The notes beneath the pieces were generated by a model, which was given only the letters and a program-made list of their open reading frames with translations, did not search any database and was not told where the DNA came from. DNA of 64,000 nucleotides from Lepidodermella squamata (taxonomy: Eukaryota > Animalia > Gastrotricha). Numbering within the stretch: the first letter of the stretch is position 1; each line of letters begins with the position of its first letter. Made by a program: the position numbers and the translations under genes. Below, one piece after another: positions 37,350 through 49,000 of this stretch. The stretch is from assembly GCA_047495785.1 (NCBI GenBank), contig JBLDXI010000001.1:3038001-3102000 (forward strand). Direction: 5' to 3'.

Positions 37350-39914
37350 TTATTGCTGCTTTGCGAAGCTGATAACTCCTCGGTAATTTTTCTCGTAGAG
37401 GTAGGTGTAAGAATCTGGAACGAGATGAACCCCGGCGGCTTTGAACATATCTTCCGATTTCACCAAATCACTATTCAACACCATTTCAGCCGCTTCTTTT
37501 GCCGATAACCGGTCTAATTCGGAATATTTGATAGGTAACGCCCCAACCTCCACTGGGCCGACTTTGATAACGAGGGACATGACGTAATCAGGGTCGAGAC
37601 TAGGCCAGGATTGGAGGCGAAGTGGGGCATTTAAATCGCGATTAATCAATTTGAAATTGTTCGATTTCGAGAAATCAGACAATGACTGCCACAATTCCAT
37701 GGCTAAACACGGCGCAAATGGGGAAATCATAACAATTAAATCGGTTAAGGCCCGGCTCATTTCTTGGCTGTGAGCAAAATATTTTGGCTGGACCTTTCGC
37801 AGTGAAGTCGTGAAACCTTGAAGGCGAGAAATAGCCGTATTGAGCAAATAAGTAACTTCCATATGGAAGGAAACCTCCTTAACCGAGTAATTCCTGAATT
37901 CTCGAATTACCCGCTCCTGTTCAGCAAGTTCGGCAGGGCTAACTTCAGCTTTTTCGAGCGAATTTTTCAAATAATCACCGACTAATGACCAAATTTTGCG
38001 CTCCCAGTTCACGACTCCGGTAAACTGGTCTTCTGACCATTTTCGGGTACTTTTTGGCGCAACGTTTGCAACAACGCAGGTTCGAACCGAGTCAACTCCA
38101 TACTTTGATAACACTTCCTGAGGGTCGACGCCATTATACTTGCTTTTAGACATTTTCTCCCAAGAAACAACGACAGGTTCGCCCGTATCGCGAGCGAAGA
38201 ATTTGTTAGCCGATCTTTCCTCAACTTCATTAGGCTTTAGATAGCGATTGGTTTTTGCTTCGCGGAACGATCGCCCATGAACCATGCCCTGAGTTAACAA
38301 TTTGGTAAAAGGCTCCTTGAAATTGATCAAACCGAGGTCGTTCAAAAAGTAGCAAACGAATCGAGCAAAATAAAGATGCATAATAGCATGTTCACGACCT
38401 CCGACGTACAAATCAACGGGTAGCCATTCATTAACAAGTTTAGTGTCAAAAATCTTGTCGATATTAGACGGATCGGCGAATCTCAAAAAGTACCATGAAG
38501 AGTCGACGAAAGTATCAAGGGTGTCGGTATCACGCTTTGCCTTCGATGAACCACATTTAGGGCAAGTACATGGCTGATTTTCAAGTTTTTCGTTGATCGA
38601 AGGAAGTAAAAGTGGCAAATCGCTCTCTTTTACTGACTGGGGCCCGCAAGTTTCACAATGGATAATAGGAATTGGAGTACCCCAGTATCTTTGGCGAGAA
38701 ACCAACCAATCATCAAGTTTCGCTGAAGTGAGATGGCCGCCAATGCCCTTCTGGCGAAAATAGTTGCAAATAATATCAAACGCTTCCTTCCTCGACTTCC
38801 CTGTGATCAAGTCACCAGAGTTTTTAATAACTTCACCGTCAGAAGACAAGACCTCTCGATATTTCAAGCCAAGTTTTTGAGCAATATTTTTATCGAAGGG
38901 CGATTCTAGGCACGGAATTCCCAATCTTGAGTCAACATCAGGTTCGAGTTGATCACCAGGATTTAGCACGAAGGGCATAGCTTCGCCTGTGACAGGATTA
39001 ATAGCGACTAAGTTATCTGACTTTGATGCAAACAAATGATCTTTTGAAAGAACAATGTGAGTAGCTCCAGCAATTAGTTCAGGCGATCTAGTGAAAACAG
39101 TTATGTAGTCAGATTTTCCGTGTTTGCCCGTTTCACGATCAACTACTTTGAGATCAACGCGGCAACCATCGCAACTCCCAATCCAACCTTTCTGAAGATC
39201 AATAACCTCCTTCCAGAAACTTGGATTTAGAGTGTTAAGATTCTCTCTCAGTTCTTTTGCGTAAGCCGTCGTGCGCAGATACCACTGTTTCAAATACTTG
39301 TGCTCAACTTTAGCCCCAGAGCGCCATGAACAGCCATTTTCATCGACCTGCTCCGCAGCCAGAACAGTCTCGTCGACTGGATCCCAATAAACACGAGCTG
39401 TTCTTTGATAAGCTAGACCTTTCTCGAAAAGCTTCACGAAGAGCCACTGCGTCCACTTGTAATAAGATGGATCAGTTGTGCTGAACGAACGATTCCAATC
39501 CAAAGTTAAACAAAGCTCATCAAGTTGCTTCCTCATAACTTCAATATTAGACTTAGTCCAAACCTGGGGATCCAGTTTTCGCTCTCTTGCAGCGTTTTCA
39601 GCAGGCAATCCAAAAGCATCCCAGCCCATAGGATGTAATACTTCATAACCTTTCATGTTGTTATACCTCGCCATTACGTCCGAAATAGTATAAACGCGCA
39701 CGTGCCCCATGTGCAAATTGCCAGATGGGTACGGAAACATAGCAAGAATGTATGCCTTTTTCTCATTATTGTTTCGCGATTTTGGCGGGCTTATTTTAGA
39801 TGAAGCTTGTCCGATCCACTTCTTCTCCACATTGCTAATAACCTCACGGGTTAACTGCGCTGGCCATTGTTTATTGTCCGAATATAGATACCGGCGACAA
39901 ACCCTTAGTAACAT
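37350..39914 (-). CDS. LARS2: Leucyl-tRNA synthetase, mitochondrial (intronless)
   Basis: MFPYPSGNLHMGH (HIGH), GWDAFGLPAENAA, DWLVSRQRYWGTPIP and KMSKS motifs of bacterial-type LeuRS, with an Arg-rich presequence MLLRVCRR. Confidence 0.96.
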   Translation of the reverse strand: MLLRVCRRYLYSDNKQWPAQLTREVISNVEKKWIGQASSKISPPKSRNNNEKKAYILAMFPYPSGNLHMGHVRVYTISDVMARYNNMKGYEVLHPMGWDAFGLPAENAARERKLDPQVWTKSNIEVMRKQLDELCLTLDWNRSFSTTDPSYYKWTQWLFVKLFEKGLAYQRTARVYWDPVDETVLAAEQVDENGCSWRSGAKVEHKYLKQWYLRTTAYAKELRENLNTLNPSFWKEVIDLQKGWIGSCDGCRVDLKVVDRETGKHGKSDYITVFTRSPELIAGATHIVLSKDHLFASKSDNLVAINPVTGEAMPFVLNPGDQLEPDVDSRLGIPCLESPFDKNIAQKLGLKYREVLSSDGEVIKNSGDLITGKSRKEAFDIICNYFRQKGIGGHLTSAKLDDWLVSRQRYWGTPIPIIHCETCGPQSVKESDLPLLLPSINEKLENQPCTCPKCGSSKAKRDTDTLDTFVDSSWYFLRFADPSNIDKIFDTKLVNEWLPVDLYVGGREHAIMHLYFARFVCYFLNDLGLINFKEPFTKLLTQGMVHGRSFREAKTNRYLKPNEVEERSANKFFARDTGEPVVVSWEKMSKSKYNGVDPQEVLSKYGVDSVRTCVVANVAPKSTRKWSEDQFTGVVNWERKIWSLVGDYLKNSLEKAEVSPAELAEQERVIREFRNYSVKEVSFHMEVTYLLNTAISRLQGFTTSLRKVQPKYFAHSQEMSRALTDLIVMISPFAPCLAMELWQSLSDFSKSNNFKLINRDLNAPLRLQSWPSLDPDYVMSLVIKVGPVEVGALPIKYSELDRLSAKEAAEMVLNSDLVKSEDMFKAAGVHLVPDSYTYLYEKNYRGVISFAKQQ

Positions 39915-40873
39915 GTGTTGCTACAGAACCCAACATGTAAGCGATTAGCGGTGTCAGATAGTAGCGAAAGAGTTATAAACGTAAGCATGAGGTGTTCAAG
40001 AGAAACAATAAGGCCCAGAGACAAGTCAGAGCAAGCAAAATGACACTTGCTCTCACTCACTCGGCAGATGTGAGACAAGTTGTGGAAAATTATGAGCAAG
40101 GCAAAGTTCACGCTTCCTAAGGCTTGACGAGCTAAAAATGAAATCTGGCAGGGCAAATCCACGTTTCTTTTTCGTGAAAGGTAAAAACCGGCGGCTTTCG
40201 ATGGTTGCGTAGCACGCTTTCGAAAGCTCATCTGGTTTTCCCCAAGGACAACATTTGATTTTTATCGCTTTTGATGGGAAAAGTATTAGGTTAATTTGTT
40301 TGATGCTGCAGGGGATTTTTTGGACAGTGAAAATAAGGACATTATCCTTCACATTTATTTTAATTTCCGACTCCTCTGAAATCGCGCGGTTCGACACCCG
40401 CGGATGACAACACCTCGGCTTTTCCCTACGTGAATGCCGTTTTGTTATACTTCTGCCCTCTCCATGGTTGATTTTTGCTCTGTTTGCTTCTTTGTGGAGG
40501 CTGGAGGCTGGAGCTACCTGCTGCCGGCTTTAACTTCAACTCTCAAGCTTTTTTCTTTCTCAGCTTTCAAACTGATCGGTTTACGGGTCGGTTACTTATT
40601 CGAACTCGTTTACTTATAACCTATGGATTTGCGGCCTGAAAAGGCCTCCATAACTTGGTAGGTGCGTATTTTTCCTGCGAACTTATTGATTCATCACTGA
40701 TGTGGATGTTATGAGCCTTCCTTCGAAGTAGACGGCATTTTATTCTACATTGGACCACTCCACTCAGTCGTTAAACCGTTTTATCAGCGGTGAGATTGCT
40801 TTTACTTGAAAATTTGCGGTGTGCTTATATCTGATATGATATTAACTCAATTTTAGTAGATATTATTTTGAAA

Positions 40874-42346
40874 ATGGAAGTTGCTCACAAGATTCTCTGC
40901 TGTGAATGTGGTTCGTTAATCGATCCAAATCCTTCCAATACCTGCGCTAACTGTCTTAGCCGGCGAATGGACATAACTAGCGAAATCCAAAAAGAAGGTG
41001 TATTGCGATGGTGCTCTAAATGCGAGCGATATTTTCAGCCACCAAACAATTGGTACGTGTGCCCACCAGAATCAAAGCAATTGTTAGCGCTTTGCTTGAA
41101 GAAGATTAAAGGCCTCAATAAAGTTCGTCTCGCCGACGCATCGTTTGTGTGGACCGAGCCTCACTCCAGGCGCATCAAGCTCAAGCTGATGATTCAAAAA
41201 GAAGTAACATCAGGTGCTGTGTTGCAGCAAGCATGCTTTGTTGAATTCATTCAGCAACCTCAGCAATGCGAAGACTGCAATCGCGTTGAAGCGAAGGATT
41301 TCTGGCGTGCAGTTGTTCAAGTTCGACAAAATGCAAACACCAAGAAAGCTATGTATTTCTTGGAGCAAGAGATTCTAAAACACAAGCTTCATTTGAGAAT
41401 GACCAATATCAAGGAAATGCATGGCGGCCTTGATTTCTACTATGCTGATCGCCAAGAAGCACGAAGATTAATGGATTTTGTTCTCGCTCTGTTGCCTTGT
41501 CGCCACCATTATGCGCAAGAGCTGATTTCCCACGATCAGCATAACAATACCTTCACCTACAAGCATACTTATGCTGTTGAAGTTGTCCCAATATGCAGAG
41601 ATGATGTTGTAGCGCTTCCAAAGAAGCTTGCCCAAAAGCTAGGCAATCTCGACCAGCTTTGTATTGTCTCGCGCGTTTCAAGCTCAATTCATTTGATTTC
41701 GCCAACTTCTGGCAAAGTCGCCGAAATTCCATCTGCGACTTACTGGCGTGAACCCTTCAACTCTGTTTACTTGCCGAAAGATTATGTCGACTTCATTGTC
41801 ATTGATATTGAGCCGATTGCGAATTGTGACCTCCCGAAAAGTGCAATTTTGAGCAAGAAACACGTCCTGGCTGATGTTTGGGTCGAAAGAGCTGATGATA
41901 TTGGATCTGGCAATGCAATTCATACCCGAACACATTTAGGGCAGATTCTAAACCCTGGTGATGTAGTGAAAGGTCTTCATTTAGCTCATTCGAATATTTC
42001 CAACGATGTCTTGGAAGAAATGGACCCGAACGAAAAGCCTGACGTCATTTTGTTGAAGAAGGTTCACCATGGCAAGAAACACCGCCGTCGCCGTGGTCAC
42101 GGTGGAGCTGATTCAAAATCAATGACATCTGCCGTTACCGATGCTGTAACAGAGACCATTGTTGGTAGCGATCAATCTGATGACGATATCGACTATGAAC
42201 AAGAAAGTGGCAAGTTGGTGGAATTGTTTTCTTCCATGTTCATTCAAGGTAATCCAAATGCTATTGCTGAGGCTTCGAATGAAGATGAGGGCATGGCTAA
42301 TGGCGAAGACGATGAAGATGAAGATGAAGATGAAATGGAGAGCTAA
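40874..42346 (+). CDS. NMD3: 60S ribosomal export adaptor NMD3 (intronless)
   Basis: ILCCECG...NPSNTCANC, LADASFVWTEPHSRRIKLKL, C.DC.RVEAKDFWRAVVQVRQ and HTRTHLG..LNPGD motifs, with an acidic C-terminus. Confidence 0.97.
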   Translation: MEVAHKILCCECGSLIDPNPSNTCANCLSRRMDITSEIQKEGVLRWCSKCERYFQPPNNWYVCPPESKQLLALCLKKIKGLNKVRLADASFVWTEPHSRRIKLKLMIQKEVTSGAVLQQACFVEFIQQPQQCEDCNRVEAKDFWRAVVQVRQNANTKKAMYFLEQEILKHKLHLRMTNIKEMHGGLDFYYADRQEARRLMDFVLALLPCRHHYAQELISHDQHNNTFTYKHTYAVEVVPICRDDVVALPKKLAQKLGNLDQLCIVSRVSSSIHLISPTSGKVAEIPSATYWREPFNSVYLPKDYVDFIVIDIEPIANCDLPKSAILSKKHVLADVWVERADDIGSGNAIHTRTHLGQILNPGDVVKGLHLAHSNISNDVLEEMDPNEKPDVILLKKVHHGKKHRRRRGHGGADSKSMTSAVTDAVTETIVGSDQSDDDIDYEQESGKLVELFSSMFIQGNPNAIAEASNEDEGMANGEDDEDEDEDEMES

Positions 42347-42476
42347 CTCTTATTGTTGAACGGTGACGAGCTTATTTGTTAGAGTTGTGGCGATAGAGAA
42401 ATATTTGTATAATAATTATAAGAAAACTTATTCGTAATATTTTCGATTTTGTGCATAGATTTCGTTTTAATATAAA

Positions 42477-45400
42477 ATGAGTGACGAAGCTAGACTTGCG
42501 CAGTACAAAAATGCTGGAAAGGATATAGGCGAATGTCGTCGCAAGCGGGAGGTTGAAAATCTGTCTCTCCGTCGAAACAAACGCGAGGAACAAATTGAAA
42601 AACGCCGTCAACTCGAGACCGAAAATTCGACTCTTGACAATTCTCAAGACGATGGAATGGGAGACTGCGGTTTGGAATTCGATTCAATGCCTAAAATCTT
42701 GGCTGGTATCAACTCAGCAAACCCGGAGGAGCAATTAGCCGGAATCCGAACTCTTCGCCACATTCTCTGCAAAGAAAACGACCCACCCATCAGACTTGTT
42801 GTCGAAAGCGGTGTAATTCCTCGTTTGGTTCAGCTACTCGCCGCGGTCGATAGCACCGTGTTTCAGTTTGAAACAGCCTGGGTTTTGACGAACGTTGCAG
42901 GTGGTGCTAGTCAAGATACTGAAACCGTTGTGAACGCTGGGGCCATTCCTGTTTTCGTCAAGTTGCTCTATTCACCGAGTTCCGATGTTCAAGACCAGGT
43001 ATCTCTCATTCTGCACTACTGGTTCTTTATACCGCAGATTTTCGTGAGCTTACCCGAATTTATGAGGCAATAACACACCTCGAGTATGATTTTTCGCTCA
43101 ACGTTGAAAAGCAGTTAATTCTCTAATACAGTTCTAAGTGGGATTTTGATATCAAGATTTGCATTTTTCTCTTGAAATTTATTCTTGTCATTCGACCAGT
43201 CGATCCTAATCAGGAAATTCTGTAAGATCGAAAAAGGAAAGTCGGCAATTTTCTCATTTTTTTCCGGACATTAAGGTGGAAAACTATGCGTAGGTCCCTG
43301 AAAAGCTAGTAAGGCAAACATTTTAAAAGAATATTTTCAAAATATGTTAACTCCATCGGAAGAATTTCCTTATTATTATTGCACATTTTTCTAAATTTCT
43401 AGGCTGTATGGGCGCTGGGAAACATTGCCGGCGACTCTCCTCGTCTCCGTGATGCAGTCATCGAATGCGACATTGTCGAACGTCTCGTGGCTATCATCCA
43501 CCAATTCAAACAATCGCGCCCCGCTCTGACGCGAAACGCAGTCTGGTGCTTCTCGAATCTCTGCCGCGGCCGAAATCCGCCACCAAATTACCATAAACTC
43601 CTCGTCGCTGTTCGCACCCTGGGCGGTTTGCTCCAGGAAATGACCGACCCAGACGTGTTAGCCGACGCCTGCTGGGCCCTGGCCTACCTAGCCGACGGCC
43701 CGAACGAAAACATCCAGGCCATTGTCGAATCCGGCTGTTGCCCTTACGTGGTCGGTCTTCTCATGCACTCCAACGCCAGGTCGGTCACAGCGGCCCTGCG
43801 AGCGGTTGGCAGCATCGTCTCCGGCGACGACCGCCAGACCCAGGCAGTCATCGACTGCAACGCCCTGCCCTGCCTGCGTCAGCTGCTCGCGTCTTCGAGC
43901 CAAATCGTAGTTAAAGAAACCTGCTGGGCTCTTTCGAATATCACAGCCGGGTCGAAGCAGCAGATCCAGCTGGTTTTGGACGCCGGTATCATCCCGGCTG
44001 TTGTCTTAGCCATGCGGAATGGCGAGTCGAAAACGCGTCGAGAATGCACCTGGCTGATGAGCAACGCCATCATTGGCGGAACCCTGGAACAAGCGGCTTA
44101 CGTAGCCCGCGAGGGTGGCCTCGACTCGTTGTGCGAAATGCTGACCGTACCTGACCTGCGCGTGCTCGAAAACGTGCTATCCGCCATCGATCGCGTGCTG
44201 CGGGCTGGTAATAAGGTGAAGGCGACGAAGGGCAAGAAAGTGCTGCAGAACTGCAACGGCCATGCTAGTAATATGTTTGCGCAGAATGTGGAGGAAACGG
44301 GGGCGTTGGAGAAGGTTGAATCGTTGACGACGCACGAGAACGAACGGATTCAGAAGAAGGCGGCGCAAATCATCGAACGCTACTTCCAAACTTCGAGTAA
44401 GATTTACCGAATCACATTTTAACATTTTATTCGCACCCATATAACATGAACCTAACATCTAACAGCTGTCCTTGCTATCAGCATCTCCAGTAAAGTCCAG
44501 TAAAAAACAAAACAAGAGAAATACTAACAAAAAACCTCAAACTTCACAGAAGTGGGATCGAGGTTTTCTTAGTAAGAAGAAAATTTAATTTTAAATTTTT
44601 GGTCGATAATTCTAACCAATAAATTGTCTTGTTAGTTGGGCAAAAAGTTCGAATTTTTTGTCATTTACTGGCAAATTGCTTTCATTCTCAAAATTTGTTG
44701 AAAATTGAAGCGGGAAAGGAGGGCCATCGAAGGACGCCGGAATAGCAAAACATTAGGCAGGCTATTTAAACCTATGAATGTAGAACATTTTGTAAGCTAC
44801 TAAAATCAGCATTTATACTTTGAATATCAATATGACTGTGGACTAATAAAAATTGGAATATCCGAGTCCATAGAGCATAGAGTTAACTTTTATCTGAAAT
44901 TTTCACGATCTAAGAAATGAATCCTCAATGCAATTGGCCAGATAAACCTCATTAAATAAGTGTAAGATATAATTAAAAGACTTCAAGAAAATTCAAAAGC
45001 CTCCTGGAAACCCTTGAATCATTAAATTTCGCGCTGAATAAAATTCTGTTAGTGCTAGATTTACCCAGAATCTATTCAATACTTTTTCAGCACTGTTAGA
45101 GAGAAAGTTCGTGGGGAAAAAATAATAAGGCTCAACTTGCTTTTCATTCATTTTGGAATTATTCCAATCAATTTGCAAACTTCCCTTCTAGAAAAAATTT
45201 CAGAAATTTTGAAGGTAGCTACTGATTGAGGTTCACATTCAGTGACATCTTTTGACATTTTTTAGCTGATCACTAAATGTAGGGCTGATTCACTCTCAAT
45301 ATATTTTGTAATTTTCATTTTGCCGTTGACATTTTTATCTTAAATATTTTTGTATTTCCTTGCAGTCGAAGACGGCGATAGCATGGATGTTGGCGCTTCG

Positions 45401-45526
45401 AATTCCAACTCGGCTGCCATGGCCACGGGTGGCAGTAGCAACTCAAACGGCGGTGTGCCTCAAACCACCCCGGCCTACTATGCTTTCACGGGCGAAACCG
45501 CCAGTACTGGTCCTTTCAATCTCTAA
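42477..45526 (+). CDS. KPNA: Importin subunit alpha (karyopherin alpha)
   Basis: IBB domain (YKN.GKD..E.RRKR....LRRNKREEQ..KRR) and ARM repeats (QFETAWVLTNVAGG, AVWALGNIAGDS, NAVWCFSNLCRG). Exons 42477-42998, 43403-44396 and 45366-45526. Confidence 0.95.
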
Positions 45527-45686
45527 GCTCGAACAACAACGCGTCGACAATGTGGAAAATCCAACGTTGATTCAACATAGTTTTTATCTCTTTGACATTT
45601 TGACGGTTTAAAAACATGAAGCTGATGTCTTAGCTTATACTCGATGCGATTTCAGCGTAAAAAATCGAATGCCAATCGATAATATA

Positions 45687-45754
45687 CAGGGGTCTGCTAA
45701 ACACTCGAGATCAATTTATATTAAAATGACAAAAATAGTAATAGCAGACCCCTG
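45687..45754. mobile_element. 68-bp mini-MITE, Tc1/mariner-type
   Basis: TA|CAGGGGTCTGCTA ... TAGCAGACCCCTG|TA: perfect 13-bp TIRs with TA duplication. Confidence 0.75.
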
Positions 45755-46038
45755 TATATAATTATCTGTTAAACCCGGTATCGTGAACCTTTTTTCTCGT
45801 TAGAAAAGTGAGGAAACTTAGAAAAATCATACTAAAATTTGGCGATGTGCTAATGTTCGCGGCTCTTCGGTGCGCCATTTTCTATCGTCATTTCTGTCCC
45901 GGCGTAAATTATTTTATATTCAACGAGAAATTTAGGCTGTAGTTGAACGAAAAATCGCCGTGTTTTTTTCAAAGGCGTAATAATTATTGCAATAAATAAT
46001 TTTTCTGGAATTTTGTAGTCCGTAGTTATAATAATTGA

Positions 46039-49000
46039 ATGGCTGACCCGTTATCGCAGCTTCGTGACTATGCGACTCAGAACCGACTCAACGAGATCCG
46101 CCAAGCTGACGGGCTGATAGTCTTCGGCGACTACGGTTGGCCGAATGACACTAAGACCCTGTTCACAATTTGGAACAGTGGCAAAGAAGGCGGGCAGAGG
46201 GAGTATTACACCCTAGAAACACTGTTGTTCTTCCTTCAAAATGCAGCTATGCCCCACCCGCAGTACACGCGAGAGGCCGTTACTCGCAATGTCCTAGTCG
46301 TTCGTTTGCCTGATCGTAAAGATTTGTTGGCGTATTTGAGGGGCGAGGTGCAGACCTGCCCGAGTATTGACAGGAGCGCCCCGTTAGAGATCACCCTTCA
46401 GCGCCCTGTTGCGGTGAAACGGCTCCAGGAGCAGCAACAAGCCGCCGCGGCTGAAGCGGCTGAGGCTGAGAAGAAACGAGCCAGGTTAGAGGAGTCGCAA
46501 TCTCAGCCCGTAGAACCTGTTTTATCGCAAGAAGCCGAGGACCAGATTCAGAAGGGGCGAGAATCTCCGGATGGTGCGAAAGGCGCTGCGATTCCTGACG
46601 GCATTTCGGCGGATAAATTAGCGGAGATTATCGCGAAGAGAAAACAGCGAAAACAAACCACTACAACAGTGCCTAGTCAATTTCCGCCCGTACCCGGCCA
46701 GGGTGTTCCGAATTTAACGGCTCCGCAGGAAAATTCCGGCCTGCCGAGTTTGAAGCAGTTGGAAAGTTTCGGCGGCCAGTTGTTGGATAGCAAGTCGTCC
46801 GGGGCGATTCTAGCGTCGTCCGCGGCGGGTTTAGCCGATTCGATCGAGCGGTTTCCGGCATCGACGGCTGATTTAGACCTCGAGCGGGACGTTTTCAGCC
46901 GCGAACGGCGGTGGAGGACGCGATTGACCCTGCTCAAGGCGCAGAATTACAATTTCGCGGACAGCGTCTTCAACACATTACAAGGTAAGAATTTATATAA
47001 ATATATGGGTTTTTTTATTACAGTGCTCCCTCGATAACAGTCTGCTAAACCAGGGTCCGCTGAGTTCCGAAAACCCTGGCTTTGTTGAACTCGGCGGACC
47101 CAATTTAGCGGGCCAAATCAAGTTGTAGTACTTGGATGTTTGCAACTGCCTGAGTGAGGCTAAATAGCTCGGGTGTGTATAGTAGGTCATTGGATGGCCT
47201 TTTTCGGTTTGAATCTAGTAATCATCTAGTAATTTTGAGAATTTTTTATTTTTTTTTGTTGCGATTTTTTTAAAGTAGATTTTTTAGGTTAAGGTTGTTA
47301 GTTACAGGTTAAGCCATAAACCATTGCTAATTGTTGGTAAATTTAACAATCTATTAGTAATATCATTCAGCCAATTATTACCGTCTTACTCATCTTTAAC
47401 AATTCATTTTTCTCACCACGACGGAATCTTTACACGCCACCGGTGGCTATTTCCTGCACAAAACTTTGTCACTTGCAGTGGTAGTGGTAATGAACATTTT
47501 CAGTCACATTTCCGGATCCGGATATCGTAGCATGGGTGAGCAAATTCAGCATGGGTCGGTCCCATTCCGGGCCAGGCTGGCTAACTGATGCAAGGAGCTC
47601 ATCATTGAAATAATCGTTAACTAGGCCTCCAGTTTGGCGCGTTGACTCCGGCAGATAAACTCAAGCCACGTTCATACCGGAAACCTGAGGAGTTGTTGAC
47701 GGGCCCAGAGAAACACGATTAGTTACAGGGGGAGATGTAAGCGATGAAGGATGATTCTTTATCAACCTGGTTATTCAGTTCAAGAGACATAGGTGACTTC
47801 CCCTTGCGGAAACTGGTCCGGCATACGTTCATGTTTTGAACTGTTTTGGTTTACATCCCGTGACATTTTCGACTTGGAATGTTACATACTTCATGATTAG
47901 TAATTCAGAAGCAGTTGATTTAGAATTAACGATCTCGAATCAGGTTATCAGTAAATAATGAATAAGTTACGAACTATCCATCAAAATCGAACTCAATTCC
48001 AAGGCTCAACATAAGCCTTTTATTAGCTCTTGTCCTTTGAGGCTCTGGCACCCAAATATGGGGCTTCCAGTTTAATGTATTTCATAGATGAAATCTATTA
48101 TTTCTAAAAAATTTCTATAATTTTTTTCCTATTTTATTTAGCAATCAAAGCTCACGAAGAAGGTCACCGAGCGCCGCCTCAACCTGTGATACAAGCTCAA
48201 CCGGCCCCGGCCGCGAAACCGCACGGCCTGACGGGCTATTCGCGTTACGACCAGGAGAAATTCACCGGTCGCCACGAAGCCGACGACTTCAACATCAACG
48301 TCATGGGCTCTTATTCGTCTTTCCTAGCCGGGCGCGGCAGTAACCCAGCTCAAAAGCCGCCCGGCTCGAGTTCGTCATCGGCGCCGGTGTCACCGGCCTC
48401 CGGTGCATCGCCCGCCTCAACGGACGGCTCGAGGTCGAAGAAGACCTCGCGCACGCCGATTATTGTCATCCCGGCGGCGGAGTCGTCCCTCATTACCATG
48501 TTCAATGTGCAAGAATTACTGCAAAACATGCGATATATTTCGACTGATGAACGCAAAAATCAGGGAATGAAACGAGACCCAGAGGTGAGTAACAACATTT
48601 TCTAATTATATCATTTTCACAAGTTGTACCACGTGTCCCATAGGGAACGCAAACTAACAAAATTTACCGAAAAGGGATGAGAAACTCTAAAATTAGAGGC
48701 TCAGTCATGACTATTAAAATATTTAAAAAATTCAAAATGCCATGAGAATAGTTTCAACTATGTGACTTGTCCATGGGATTGAAAAATCCCGAGAAATTTG
48801 TTTGGTCCGACCGGGTAAAATACCGAAAGTTACCGAATCGCTCACCCTAGGGGTTTCCCGGGTTTTCTCCGGTGAATTTTTAATTTTTTTTTTCCGGTTA
48901 ATTTGCAGATAGAGAATGATAAGTTTCCGATAGGTTCAATAGCCTATTTTCCTCTAAAAGTCAGCAAAATTGAAAGTGACTGCGCAACTTATGGGACACG

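Noticed and set aside
37350-39914. Horizontal transfer of an intronless bacterial-type LeuRS
   Set aside because: Mitochondrial LeuRS is normally bacterial-type; it has a presequence, and neighbouring NMD3 is also intronless.
44700-45180. Broken minus-strand frame in importin-alpha intron 2
   Set aside because: Possibly a TE remnant, but no diagnostic motif.
47019-47101. TA|CAGTGCTCCCTCGATAAC transposon-like terminus and small hairpin
   Set aside because: No matching second terminus found.
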